Below are positions 1 to 8,626 of a DNA stretch of 64,000 bases, piece by piece. Source of the stretch: Bacteroidales bacterium UBA4179 (lineage in GTDB: Bacteria > Bacteroidota > Bacteroidia > Bacteroidales > Dysgonomonadaceae). Position numbers and translations under genes: made by a program. The stretch covers positions 25,407-89,406 of the forward strand of contig DFUT01000009.1 in the NCBI GenBank assembly GCA_002381125.1, read 5' to 3'. The number at the start of each line of letters is the position of its first letter. Position 1 is the first letter of the stretch. Under the pieces are notes generated by a model that saw only the letters and a list, made by a program, of their open reading frames with translations, was not told the DNA's origin and made no database searches.

Positions 1-1004
1 ATGGCTTTTCTTTGAATGTGGTGGATATCGACCCGACGTTTACCCTCGGAGAAATGGCTAAAAATCGCTTGCTGGTGTTGAAGCGGTTGGAAGAGGAAGG
101 CGTGTTGACGCTGAACAAAGAATTGCCGTTGCCCGAATTGTGCAATCGCATTGCGGTGATTTCGTCGCCAACGGCGGCAGGGTATGAAGATTTTTGCGAT
201 CAATTGAAAAAGAATCCTTATGGATTGGTCTTTTATACCAAGCTTTTCCCTGCCATTATGCAAGGTGAAAAGAGTGAGGCTTCCATTATTGCCGCATTGG
301 AAAGAATATATGCATACCGACATCTATTCGACGCCGTGGCCATTATACGCGGAGGTGGCGCAACGTCGGAATTAAATTGTTTCGATTCGTATGTATTGGC
401 AACCCATTGTGCCCAGTTCCCTTTGCCGATAGTTGTGGGTATTGGTCACGAGCGCGACGTAACCGTGTTGGATATAGTGGCACATACTCGGGCGAAAACG
501 CCAACGGCAGTGGCTGAGTTTTTCATTGATCATCTTGCCGGATCTTTTACCGAATTGGTCGATTTGGAGAAGCGATTGGTTACGGAAAGCAGGGAATATT
601 TGCAACAGGAAAAGTTTAAGTTGTCCATGTTGTCAAAAGAAGTTTACCATTTTTCCACGGGGTTTATACGTGATCGGTTGGCTTTAATGAGAGAAACGGC
701 TTTTCGATTGAAACACCTGGCAAATCGGACGATTCAATTTTTGCAGCAAGAGGAAAAACAGCGCAACAGGCAATTTGCACACGCAGTGAAACAACGATTG
801 CAAAACGAAGCCCATGCTCTTTTGGTGAACGAGCAGTATATTCGAATGGTTTCTCCCGAAAATATATTGAAACGTGGCTATACGATCACGATGAAAACGG
901 GAAAGATAGTTACATCGGCAGCAAAATTGCAGCCGGACGATATGATCGAAACTTTGTTTTGGGACGGTAAAATAGAATCGCAAGTAAAAAAATCGAAAGA
1001 ATGA
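1..1004 (+). CDS. xseA: Exodeoxyribonuclease VII large subunit, C-terminal ~330 aa (5' end outside window)
   Basis: The frame stays open to the window edge; track ORF 12..1004 begins at an internal TTG. XseA-like segments: AVISSPTAAGYEDF, IIRGGGATSEL, GIGHERD, and a long C-terminal coiled region. ATGA overlap with the xseB start. Confidence 0.9.
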   Translation, partial: GFSLNVVDIDPTFTLGEMAKNRLLVLKRLEEEGVLTLNKELPLPELCNRIAVISSPTAAGYEDFCDQLKKNPYGLVFYTKLFPAIMQGEKSEASIIAALERIYAYRHLFDAVAIIRGGGATSELNCFDSYVLATHCAQFPLPIVVGIGHERDVTVLDIVAHTRAKTPTAVAEFFIDHLAGSFTELVDLEKRLVTESREYLQQEKFKLSMLSKEVYHFSTGFIRDRLALMRETAFRLKHLANRTIQFLQQEEKQRNRQFAHAVKQRLQNEAHALLVNEQYIRMVSPENILKRGYTITMKTGKIVTSAAKLQPDDMIETLFWDGKIESQVKKSKE

Positions 1005-1195
1005 TGGAAAAATTAACGTATACGGAAGCTAAAAAAGAACTCGAGGCCATTGTGGCAGCAATCGAATCGGGTGAATTGGATGTGGATGCCTTAACGGAAA
1101 AGGTAAAGCGTGCATCGGAACTCATCGCATTTTGTAAAGAGAAACTGAAAAAAACCGATGAAGAGCTTCAAAAAATATTGGATGAGATCGATTAA
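1001..1195 (+). CDS. xseB: Exodeoxyribonuclease VII small subunit
   Basis: 64-aa helical protein (YTEAKKELEAIVAAIESGELDVD...) translationally coupled to xseA. Size, position and sequence fit XseB. Confidence 0.9.
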   Translation: MMEKLTYTEAKKELEAIVAAIESGELDVDALTEKVKRASELIAFCKEKLKKTDEELQKILDEID

Positions 1196-1894
1196 ATGCA
1201 GGGGAAAATGACACTCGAAAAATCAAGTGTGGTAATTGTTGCCGGAGGCAGAGGATTGCGTGCGGGAGGAGATATGCCCAAACAGTTTCGGCTCATTGGC
1301 AATAAACCCATGCTGATGCACACCATTGACGCTTTTTATACATACAATCGTCAAATGAAAATTGTGATTGTTCTTCACCCCGATTATTTTGCGGTTTGGG
1401 ACAATTTGTGCGAAAAATATCGTTTTACCGTTCCGGTTGTTGCGGTTGAAGGAGGAGAAACCCGATTTCATTCGGTAAAAAACGGATTATCGGTAGTCGA
1501 AGACGATGAAATGGTTGCCGTTCACGATGCTGCAAGGCCGTTTGTTTTGCCCGAGGTCATCGAGCGTTGCTTTCGCGAATCTTTTCGTTTCCAATGTGGT
1601 GTGATACCGGTGGTTGACGAAAAAAACAGTGTCCGCATCCTTCATCCCGATGGTAGCAGCGAGCCGTTCGATCGTGACCGGATAAAATTGGTTCAAACGC
1701 CACAGGTATTTCCGGCGTATCTGCTGAAAAAAGCTTATGATACCGATTATAAATCTCATTTTACCGATGATGCTACCGTGGCAGAGGAAGCAGGTATCGA
1801 AATTCGTTTGGTTGAAGGTAACGAAGAGAATATAAAAATAACGACTCCTTTCGATATGCTGTGGGCTTCTTTCTTTTTGAAAAGTGGGCGCTAA
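1196..1894 (+). CDS. ispD: 2-C-methyl-D-erythritol 4-phosphate cytidylyltransferase
   Basis: N-terminal nucleotide-binding signature VVIVAGGRGLRAGGDMPKQF, VAVHDAARPF and KITTPFD motifs, ~230 aa. The ATG abuts the xseB stop. Confidence 0.9.
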   Translation: MQGKMTLEKSSVVIVAGGRGLRAGGDMPKQFRLIGNKPMLMHTIDAFYTYNRQMKIVIVLHPDYFAVWDNLCEKYRFTVPVVAVEGGETRFHSVKNGLSVVEDDEMVAVHDAARPFVLPEVIERCFRESFRFQCGVIPVVDEKNSVRILHPDGSSEPFDRDRIKLVQTPQVFPAYLLKKAYDTDYKSHFTDDATVAEEAGIEIRLVEGNEENIKITTPFDMLWASFFLKSGR

Positions 1895-2003
1895 TTTTTG
1901 CTTTTTGTTTTCAAATTCCCTTGAATCGTCGTTTTTTTATATACAAAATGGGCTTTTTTAGGAAAATATATTTTCAAAATGTCAATCTGTGAAAGAAATT
2001 TAC

Positions 2004-2011
2004 TATTTTTG
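2004..2011 (+). promoter_or_regulatory. Bacteroidetes -7 promoter box (TAnnTTTG) for the Lrp/AsnC gene
   Basis: TATTTTTG, 30 nt upstream of ATG 2041 in intergenic DNA. Confidence 0.45.
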
Positions 2012-2040
2012 AGGACGATTTGTACTATAAATTCACACCT

Positions 2041-2505
2041 ATGGGGAAAATTGATAAATTGGATAAACAGATTTTGGAGATAATTTCTCAAAATGCCCGC
2101 ATTCCTTTTCGCGATGTGGCAGAGCAATGCGGCGTTTCGCGTGCCGCAATTCACCAGCGTGTTCAACGCATGATTGAAAATGAGGTGATTACAGGGTCGG
2201 GGTATAATGTAAATCCCCGAGAATTGGGGTATGCCACGAGCGCTTATATTGGCGTAAAACTCGAAAAAGGTTCGATGTATAAAAATGTTATACCCGAGTT
2301 CGAAAAAATTCCGGAAGTGACGGAATGTCATTTCACGACGGGTCCATATACCTTGCTTATCAAACTTTATGCTCGGGATAACGAACATTTGATGGATCTG
2401 CTGAATAATCGTATTCAGGAAATACCCGGTGTTGTTGCTACCGAAACAATGATTTCGTTATGTCAGAGTATTAAAAGAGATGTGCCTATTACACAGGGGA
2501 CGTAA
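2041..2505 (+). CDS. Lrp/AsnC family transcriptional regulator
   Basis: HTH_AsnC N-terminus (DKLDKQILEIISQNARIPFRDVAEQCGVSRAAIHQRV) plus a C-terminal AsnC/RAM effector domain. The track ORF starts at TTG 2020; the first ATG (2041, MGKIDKLD) is chosen. Confidence 0.85.
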   Translation: MGKIDKLDKQILEIISQNARIPFRDVAEQCGVSRAAIHQRVQRMIENEVITGSGYNVNPRELGYATSAYIGVKLEKGSMYKNVIPEFEKIPEVTECHFTTGPYTLLIKLYARDNEHLMDLLNNRIQEIPGVVATETMISLCQSIKRDVPITQGT

Positions 2506-2590
2506 GAAAGAATCGTTTTTTATGTGATTCTTCGGCGTTGCTTTGTATGTGTCTTTTTCCGGAAGGGTATTTCGGTAAAGCATTCAATAA

Positions 2591-2622
2591 AAAAGCGAAA
2601 GTTGAACCAACTTTCGCTTTTT
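2591..2622. terminator. Bidirectional intrinsic terminator (Lrp/AsnC gene on +, tRNA-Pro on -)
   Basis: Perfect 13-bp stem AAAGCGAAAGTTG / CAACTTTCGCTTT with a 3-nt loop. It is flanked by a T-run on + and, via the A-run upstream, a T-run on -. Confidence 0.8.
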
Positions 2623-2623
2623 G

Positions 2624-2697
2624 TCGGGATGAGGTGACTCGAACACCCGGCCTCCACGTCCCGAACGTGGCGCGCTAACCAACTGTGCTACATCCCG
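2624..2697 (-). tRNA. tRNA-Pro (anticodon CGG)
   Basis: The reverse complement folds as a cloverleaf: CGGGATG-TA-GCAC-AGTTGGTTA-GCGC-G-CCACG-[TT CGG GA]-CGTGG-AGGCC-GGGTG-TTCGAGT-CACCT-CATCCCG-A. TTCGA T-loop, 74 nt, CCA not encoded. Confidence 0.9.
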
Positions 2698-2711
2698 AGC
2701 TTTTGGGAAGG

Positions 2712-2719
2712 CAAAGATA
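2712..2719 (-). promoter_or_regulatory. -7 promoter box for tRNA-Pro
   Basis: Reverse complement reads TATCTTTG, 15 nt upstream of the tRNA 5' end. Confidence 0.45.
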
Positions 2720-2783
2720 CTTATTTTTTGCAGAAAAACGATAAAAATTGCGCGGAAGTTGTGCATCGAATAATAAAATCTGT

Positions 2784-2791
2784 TATATTTG
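2784..2791 (+). promoter_or_regulatory. -7 promoter box for tRNA-Gly
   Basis: TATATTTG, 12 nt upstream of the tRNA 5' end. Confidence 0.5.
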
Positions 2792-2802
2792 CAAAATGAA
2801 AT

Positions 2803-2875
2803 GCGGCAATAGCTCAGTCGGTAGAGCATTAGCTTCCCAAGCTAAGGGTCGCGAGTTCGAGTCTCGTTTGCCGCT
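2803..2875 (+). tRNA. tRNA-Gly (anticodon CCC)
   Basis: GCGGCAA-TA-GCTC-AGTCGGTA-GAGC-A-TTAGC-[TT CCC AA]-GCTAA-GGGTC-GCGAG-TTCGAGT-CTCGT-TTGCCGC-T. Canonical cloverleaf, 73 nt. Confidence 0.92.
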
Positions 2876-2888
2876 CGACGAATTTTTT

Positions 2889-2926
2889 CCGCCTTACGGC
2901 TTCGTTTGCCGTTGGGCGGTTTTTTA
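2889..2926 (+). terminator. Intrinsic terminator after tRNA-Gly
   Basis: Composite stem CCGCC-TT-ACGGC / GCCGT-TG-GGCGG followed by TTTTTTATTT. Confidence 0.7.
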
Positions 2927-3093
2927 TTTAAGTTGCAGCCAACAATCTTTTTTCATGTATTTTTTCAATCCCGAAAAACGACCTTGCGTTGGCTAATTTC
3001 ACCCCATTCCATACATCGCCGGCTTCTGCAACGAAAATGGCAAAGGATTTCCCTATTTTATGTGTTTTCGCTTGTAGTTAATTTGTTATTGTG

Positions 3094-3101
3094 TAACTTT
3101 G
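3094..3101 (+). promoter_or_regulatory. -7 promoter box for tRNA-Ser(CGA)
   Basis: TAACTTTG, 22 nt upstream of the tRNA 5' end. Confidence 0.5.
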
Positions 3102-3122
3102 CATCGTCTTTGGTGAAAATAA

Positions 3123-3209
3123 GGAAAGCTGCCGGAGTGGCTGAACGGGCTTGACTCGAAATCAAGTGTACGGGTTACCGTACCGGGGGTTCGAATCCCT
3201 CGCTTTCCG
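3123..3209 (+). tRNA. tRNA-Ser (anticodon CGA)
   Basis: Acceptor GGAAAGC/GCTTTCC, anticodon arm CTTGA-[CT CGA AA]-TCAAG, long variable arm (GTACGG..CCGTAC) typical of Ser, GGTTCGAATCC T-arm, 87 nt. Confidence 0.9.
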
Positions 3210-3234
3210 CTAATAATACTACACTATAAATACC

Positions 3235-3259
3235 GAACGCGAGTGATATTGCGTTTTTT
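3235..3259 (+). terminator. Probable intrinsic terminator after tRNA-Ser(CGA)
   Basis: Short stem GAACGC / GCGTT(T) followed by a T6 run. It overlaps the mutL stop on the opposite strand. Confidence 0.45.
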
Positions 3260-5102
3260 ATCGAGACGACTTCATTTTTTTTGCAATCTCTTCATCGCTT
3301 ATCAGTGAGACAATAGGATGCCCATCGGGACTGTAGTTGGGTATGCGGCAAGCAAAAAGCCGATTGATGAGGTGCGACATTTCTTCAGGAGTTAGGGTCC
3401 TGCCATAGGGAATTGCAGCGAGGTGAGCAAGCGAAAGTGCAATTGATTCTTGAATTTCCGATTTTACATCCAGTGCGGTTTCCATACTTTTTTCTATGAT
3501 GGATCGAATTAGCGATATCGGGTCCGATGAAGCTATTTCAGAAGGAATTCCCTGAATGGCAAACGAGTGATTGCCTAAACTGTTTAATTCGAATCCTACG
3601 GCTTGAAGGTCTTCTGCAATTGAAGATAATGTTGCGGCTTCCGATGGCGATAATTCGATGATTTCGGGAAAAAGTACCCGTTGTGAAACGCCTTTTTTAT
3701 TTTTAATTTGTTCCAAAAAAGTATCAAAAAGAATGCGGATGTGTGCTCGATGTTGATCAATAATCATCAATCCCGATTTAACGGAAGTGAGGATATATTT
3801 TTGTTTGTATTGGTAGTGGTCGGGTAGAATTTCGGTATCGGCATTTTCATTTTCGGAAGAATGAAATAACCCCGTGTTTGTATTTGCCAATGGATCAACT
3901 TGTGCCTCTGTTGGTTTTTCTTTTTTGAATCCTCGATAAAGGGTTTCCCAGTCGAAGTGAGGGAGAGAATTGGGGTGTGTATTTCTTTGTATGGTATGAA
4001 AAGGGTTATAGTTGGGGTTTATATTTACTTTGGGCATTGGCGCGGGTTTCGATTCGTCATAAATGGGAATTTCTATCGCATCTTCTCTGTCGAAATCGAG
4101 GGGAGGCAAAGCATTGAATTTGCCTAAGGCTTCTTTTACGGTTACCATAAGGATTTGCCAAAGGGCTTGTTCGTTTTCGAATTTTACTTCGGTTTTTGTA
4201 GGGTGAATGTTAACATCGAGCGATGAGGGGTCAACTTCAAAATAGATGAAATAATCGGGGTTTTTATTGGGAGGAAGTAGAGGTTCAAAAGCAGTCATTA
4301 CTGCGCGATGGAAATAAGGATGACGAATAAAACGTCCATTGACGAAGAAGAATTGGTTTGCACGACTTTTTTTGGCACTCTCGGGTTTGGTAACGTAGCC
4401 ATGAATTTTTCCCAATGTCGTTTCCTCGTTGATCTCGATCAATTGTTGATTGATGTTTTTTCCCACCAGTTGTACAATTCGTTTACGAAGAACTTCGGGT
4501 GGTAGTTGCAGTGTCTGAATGTCGTTTTCGATTAGCGAAAATTCGATGTCGGGATTTGCCAATACGAGGCGCTCTATTTCCATGAGAATGTTCCTTCGTT
4601 CCGATTCGTTGGATTTAAGGAATTTTCGGCGAGCAGGTACGTTGAAAAAAATGTTCTTGACCGAAATGATCGTTCCTTTCGCACATGAGATAGCTTCTTG
4701 TTCTTCTACTTTCGATCCCGAGATCGACAACCGTGTGCCTATTTCGTCTTCTTCTTTGCGGGTTTTTACCTCTACCTGTGAAATGGCGGCAATTGATGGC
4801 AACGCTTCTCCACGAAAGCCCATCGTGGTGAGCGAAAAAAGATCGTCCACCTTCTGTATTTTGGAGGTAGCATGGCGCTCGAAAGCCATTCGTGCATCGG
4901 TAGCCGACATTCCCTTGCCATTGTCGATTACCTGAATGAGCGTTTTACCGGCATTTTTTATGACAATCTGAATTTGGGTGGCTCCTGCATCGATGGAATT
5001 TTCAACAAGTTCTTTAACAACCGATGCCGGTCGTTGAATAACTTCCCCCGCCGCAATCTGATTAGCTATGGAATCGGGTAGGAGATGGATAATATCAGGC
5101 AT
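3258..5102 (-). CDS. mutL: DNA mismatch repair protein MutL
   Basis: GHKL ATPase N-terminus (IAAGEVIQRPASVVKELVENSIDAG, DNGKGM), transducer region and C-terminal dimerisation domain; 614 aa. Confidence 0.95.
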   Translation of the reverse strand: MPDIIHLLPDSIANQIAAGEVIQRPASVVKELVENSIDAGATQIQIVIKNAGKTLIQVIDNGKGMSATDARMAFERHATSKIQKVDDLFSLTTMGFRGEALPSIAAISQVEVKTRKEEDEIGTRLSISGSKVEEQEAISCAKGTIISVKNIFFNVPARRKFLKSNESERRNILMEIERLVLANPDIEFSLIENDIQTLQLPPEVLRKRIVQLVGKNINQQLIEINEETTLGKIHGYVTKPESAKKSRANQFFFVNGRFIRHPYFHRAVMTAFEPLLPPNKNPDYFIYFEVDPSSLDVNIHPTKTEVKFENEQALWQILMVTVKEALGKFNALPPLDFDREDAIEIPIYDESKPAPMPKVNINPNYNPFHTIQRNTHPNSLPHFDWETLYRGFKKEKPTEAQVDPLANTNTGLFHSSENENADTEILPDHYQYKQKYILTSVKSGLMIIDQHRAHIRILFDTFLEQIKNKKGVSQRVLFPEIIELSPSEAATLSSIAEDLQAVGFELNSLGNHSFAIQGIPSEIASSDPISLIRSIIEKSMETALDVKSEIQESIALSLAHLAAIPYGRTLTPEEMSHLINRLFACRIPNYSPDGHPIVSLISDEEIAKKMKSSR

Positions 5103-5123
5103 GACTCAACTATTCCGCAGTTT

Positions 5124-5453
5124 TTAGCTTAAAATCCAAAAAAAGAAAATACCCAATAAAATAACGAGTATCACAATGAGTAACCCGTTATTGGAGAGAA
5201 ATGAATTTTTCCCTGCTTCTTCGCGTTCTTTGCGGCGCTTGAGGTGTTTGGTCTGAGAAAAAAATTCCCCCCGGATTTCTTCTGCTTGATGACGCTCCTT
5301 TTCTTCGGGAGTTAAAGCATTCATATCTTTTTTAATCTCGTAGATGCGTCGATTTAGTTTCTCCACTCGTTCTTCTTCGACGGGATCAAAAAGGATGGGT
5401 TTATAATTATATTGGCGGGGTTTTCGGTTGTTGTAAAAAAAGAATAATCCCAT
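5124..5453 (-). CDS. Hypothetical small tail-anchored membrane protein
   Basis: 109-aa ORF with a highly charged helical middle (EEERVEKLNRRIYEIKKDM..., KRRKEREEAGK) and a single C-terminal TM (LLIVILVILLGIFFFWIL). Co-oriented and tightly packed between the OstA-like gene and mutL. No family recognised. Confidence 0.6.
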   Translation of the reverse strand: MGLFFFYNNRKPRQYNYKPILFDPVEEERVEKLNRRIYEIKKDMNALTPEEKERHQAEEIRGEFFSQTKHLKRRKEREEAGKNSFLSNNGLLIVILVILLGIFFFWILS

Positions 5454-5513
5454 AAATTGTTTCTGTTTTGTGCAAATTTATAAAAAGAACATTACACTGG
5501 CAATAGTGTGCTA

Positions 5514-7148
5514 TTAATCAATTTCTTCCTCTCTAACGAAACGTCGTGGAGGAATTATATTTTCCGAATCTTTGCGTTTAACCTTCCTAAATATATCGTC
5601 TTTATTTATTGGACGCAAGTAATCCAGCCAAACAAAGCCTTTCAGTGTTTTATCTTCGGGAGAGGTTTGGCTCAAGGGCGTAGTTACCCCCTTGATAGAT
5701 GACCATAATTTCAGTTTTTCGAGTTTATTGTCTGCGATATCCATCGACAAGAAAGGACTTTCCGTTTTATTTATTCCGATGATTGTACTGTCTTTTTCCA
5801 TTAAATAATATAACGATTCGGCACTCCCATCTACCAGGACATGACGCATTTCTCCATCGAGGAACGAGACAGTCATATTTCGTCCCTTTAACTGATTATA
5901 CTGATCTTCTACCGGTCTTTTTTGAATGCTGAATGCGTAATTTCTCACATAGGCTTTTTCGATGGTGCTGTCATTTAAAAGTACATCGATTCGATCGCCC
6001 ATCACCTGATTGTCTTCGTTCCAGATCACCGGATCGTTTTTCATGTAAATGGTGGAATCATTCGAGACATAATGCATTGTATCACAAACTCCTTGTAAAT
6101 CCACCCGATAGAATCGTGCATTTGGATAGGCCTGCATTTCCCTTCCCAGTGAATCGGTAATCATTTTCAAGGTATCGGCATGTATATAAAGGCTGTCTTT
6201 TTGCGAATATTCGATAGCGTGTGCGGAGTCGGTTGCGAGCGCAAATTCCGTTTTTTCGTTATAATATCCGTAATTGCCTTTGAGAATAACCTTTTTGATC
6301 GTATCCTGAAGGAACATATTTCCATATACTTCCGCAATTCCGTTTTTTCGATTGTAATAAATGGTATCTCCTATAAGTATCTGTGTGCTGTCTTTGTTGA
6401 TCACTTGAGAACGATCCAGCAATTGGCAATCGTCTGTTTCCGTGTTATACCAACCTCGGGTAGTATAAATATACCCGCTATCGGAAACAAGGACAGATGG
6501 CCCCATAATACCGGCAATTTTGGTTTCCGTGTTGTATTTAAGCGTTTCGGTATATAATGTAAAATCCGGATTTATCAGTTTTACGTTTTCTTTGAATAAT
6601 GCTTCTTTGCTGTCGGGACTGTATTGTCCCCAAATTGAGGTTAATTCGTTTTCTTCATCAACCAGCATACCGCCATCGAAGTAATAACTGATATTTTCCA
6701 GCCGGTCGTAATTCAGACTGTCGGTAAACAGGGTTGCTTGAGGGTTTTCCATCCGTACATTCTCGCGAAGTCGCGCCAATCTTCGGTTGCCGTCGTAATG
6801 AAGGTAATTTCCGTATACAAAAATAGTATCGCCTTGTTCCATTCGCACGTTGCTGAACGCTTCGAAAATATTTTCCCGCTCATACCAATAGGCACTGTCA
6901 CAATACATGAATGCTCCTTCGTGGTATAATATGACATTGTCCTTGAGGATTTGGGCATCGAAATTTTTTCTTTTATATAGCATGTCGGCATGCTTGAGCT
7001 CGATGATCTTTATATTGGAATTCGACGTTGATTGCGTTGGTGGCGGTTGTTGGGCATGTATACCGGCTATAAGGATAAAAAATATACCTGTTGCTGCAAA
7101 GACAATTGTCGAAGGGAATGTTTTCAGATGTTTTTTATTTTTTTTCAT
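5514..7148 (-). CDS. OstA-like (LptA/LptD N-terminal-like) periplasmic protein
   Basis: N-terminal signal/TM, then repeated beta-jellyroll-like segments (ILYHEGAFMYCDSAYWY, VYGNYLHYDGN, LKGNYGYYNE). Resembles the Bacteroidetes 'OstA-like protein' found next to SurA-like genes. Confidence 0.7.
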   Translation of the reverse strand: MKKNKKHLKTFPSTIVFAATGIFFILIAGIHAQQPPPTQSTSNSNIKIIELKHADMLYKRKNFDAQILKDNVILYHEGAFMYCDSAYWYERENIFEAFSNVRMEQGDTIFVYGNYLHYDGNRRLARLRENVRMENPQATLFTDSLNYDRLENISYYFDGGMLVDEENELTSIWGQYSPDSKEALFKENVKLINPDFTLYTETLKYNTETKIAGIMGPSVLVSDSGYIYTTRGWYNTETDDCQLLDRSQVINKDSTQILIGDTIYYNRKNGIAEVYGNMFLQDTIKKVILKGNYGYYNEKTEFALATDSAHAIEYSQKDSLYIHADTLKMITDSLGREMQAYPNARFYRVDLQGVCDTMHYVSNDSTIYMKNDPVIWNEDNQVMGDRIDVLLNDSTIEKAYVRNYAFSIQKRPVEDQYNQLKGRNMTVSFLDGEMRHVLVDGSAESLYYLMEKDSTIIGINKTESPFLSMDIADNKLEKLKLWSSIKGVTTPLSQTSPEDKTLKGFVWLDYLRPINKDDIFRKVKRKDSENIIPPRRFVREEEID

Positions 7149-7170
7149 TGTTGACGAAAGATCCGATACC

Positions 7171-8538
7171 TTATTTTATCCATCCCGGGTATTTAAAGTC
7201 GCAATTCTTCCATGCAGGATCAATGCGCACATATGTGTTTTTTATTTTTTCGCGCAACCATTGATCTATCATTTCTTGCCTGCGGGCATTTTCCGCTAGT
7301 GTTTTTATAATTTGATAGTCGTTGTTGAGATTGGCTTTGTGCCCCTCGATGCGGTTAGTTACTTTTACTATTGCGGCAACCTGTTTTCCGTTTTTATTGA
7401 GCATGATGAAGGGATCGGATATTTCGCCTACTTTCATGTTGCCGATTACGTTTGCAATATCTTGATTGAGTTCGTCCAATTGAAAACGGGATGTGCCATA
7501 GTAGTTGCTCTGACGGTTGGAATTTACCATGATACCCTTATTGTTGCGGGTGTCTTTGTCGTCAGATAAGAATGTTGCCGCTTCTTCAAATGTAAATTTC
7601 TTTTCTTCAATAGCGGTTTTAACGGAGTCGAGTCGAAGGAGCGCTTTATCCAATTCTTCTTTAGGAACTTTGGGTTTTAACAAAATATGTCGGAAATTGG
7701 CTCTATCTCCTCTTCTTTCGATGAGTTGAATGATATGGAATCCGTATTCGGTTTCCACAATGTTCGAAACCTTATTCGGATCATTCAATGAGAACGCAAC
7801 GTTTGCAAACTCGGGCACGAATGAAGTGCGATCGGAAAAACCCAATTCACCCCCTCTTACTGCAGATGCCGGGTCTTCGGAATAAAGCAGAGCCAATGTT
7901 GAAAAATCGGCTTTGCCGCTGGTTATTTGTTCGGTAAAATCGCGTAAACGTGCTTTTACCGCATCAATTTCGCTCAAAGGAACAGTAGGGTTTGCCGTTA
8001 TGATTTGCACTTCTACTGTCGTAGGGATGAAAGGAATGCTGTCCGGTGAGAGTTTGTTGTAGAATTTGCGTATTTCCGACGGAGACAAGTTGACTTCCCC
8101 GAATCGTTTTTGCTGAACGCCCTGAATAAGTTGACCCTCACGAACCATTCTACGCGTATCTTCACGAATGGAGCTCATATCCTTCTGAAAATATTCCTCT
8201 ACTTTCTCTGCCGAACCAATATTGGCAATGTATTCATTTATATACAGCTCGGCTATTCGATTTACTTCGCCTTCTTCAACATTGATGCTATCCAATTTGG
8301 CTTGGTCGAGGAACAATTTGTTTACGGCCAATTGTTCAGGTATAAAACAATAAGGATCGCCATCGATTCGTTGATTTTGCATAAGCAATTCTTTGCGATA
8401 TTCTTCAACTTCCGATTTCAGGATAGCCTCATCGCCTACTACCCAGACAATTTCATCAATGATGTTGTTTTGTGAAATGATGTGTTGAGTAGCAAATAAT
8501 GCAATGAATAGAAAAAATATCTTTATCACTTGTTTCAT
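7171..8538 (-). CDS. SurA-like periplasmic chaperone / parvulin-type peptidyl-prolyl isomerase
   Basis: Signal peptide, SurA_N-like region, and one PpiC/parvulin domain (ALLYSEDPASAVRGGELGF...YGFHIIQLIERRG). Confidence 0.8.
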   Translation of the reverse strand: MKQVIKIFFLFIALFATQHIISQNNIIDEIVWVVGDEAILKSEVEEYRKELLMQNQRIDGDPYCFIPEQLAVNKLFLDQAKLDSINVEEGEVNRIAELYINEYIANIGSAEKVEEYFQKDMSSIREDTRRMVREGQLIQGVQQKRFGEVNLSPSEIRKFYNKLSPDSIPFIPTTVEVQIITANPTVPLSEIDAVKARLRDFTEQITSGKADFSTLALLYSEDPASAVRGGELGFSDRTSFVPEFANVAFSLNDPNKVSNIVETEYGFHIIQLIERRGDRANFRHILLKPKVPKEELDKALLRLDSVKTAIEEKKFTFEEAATFLSDDKDTRNNKGIMVNSNRQSNYYGTSRFQLDELNQDIANVIGNMKVGEISDPFIMLNKNGKQVAAIVKVTNRIEGHKANLNNDYQIIKTLAENARRQEMIDQWLREKIKNTYVRIDPAWKNCDFKYPGWIK

Positions 8539-8626
8539 ATAAATTTTCTCCTTTGAAATTGTAATGTAAAAATAAAGATAATATCATTAATAGCCAAATC
8601 GTTTGATAGTTAAAAAGCGTATAAAA

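Noticed and set aside
2584-3154. Track ORFs of 60-90 aa spanning tRNA genes: 2584..2829, 2748..2996, 2906..3154. The same situation occurs at 19105..19311, 19193..19450 and 29313..29513.
   Set aside because: They read straight through canonical tRNA cloverleaves and terminators, so they are not coding.
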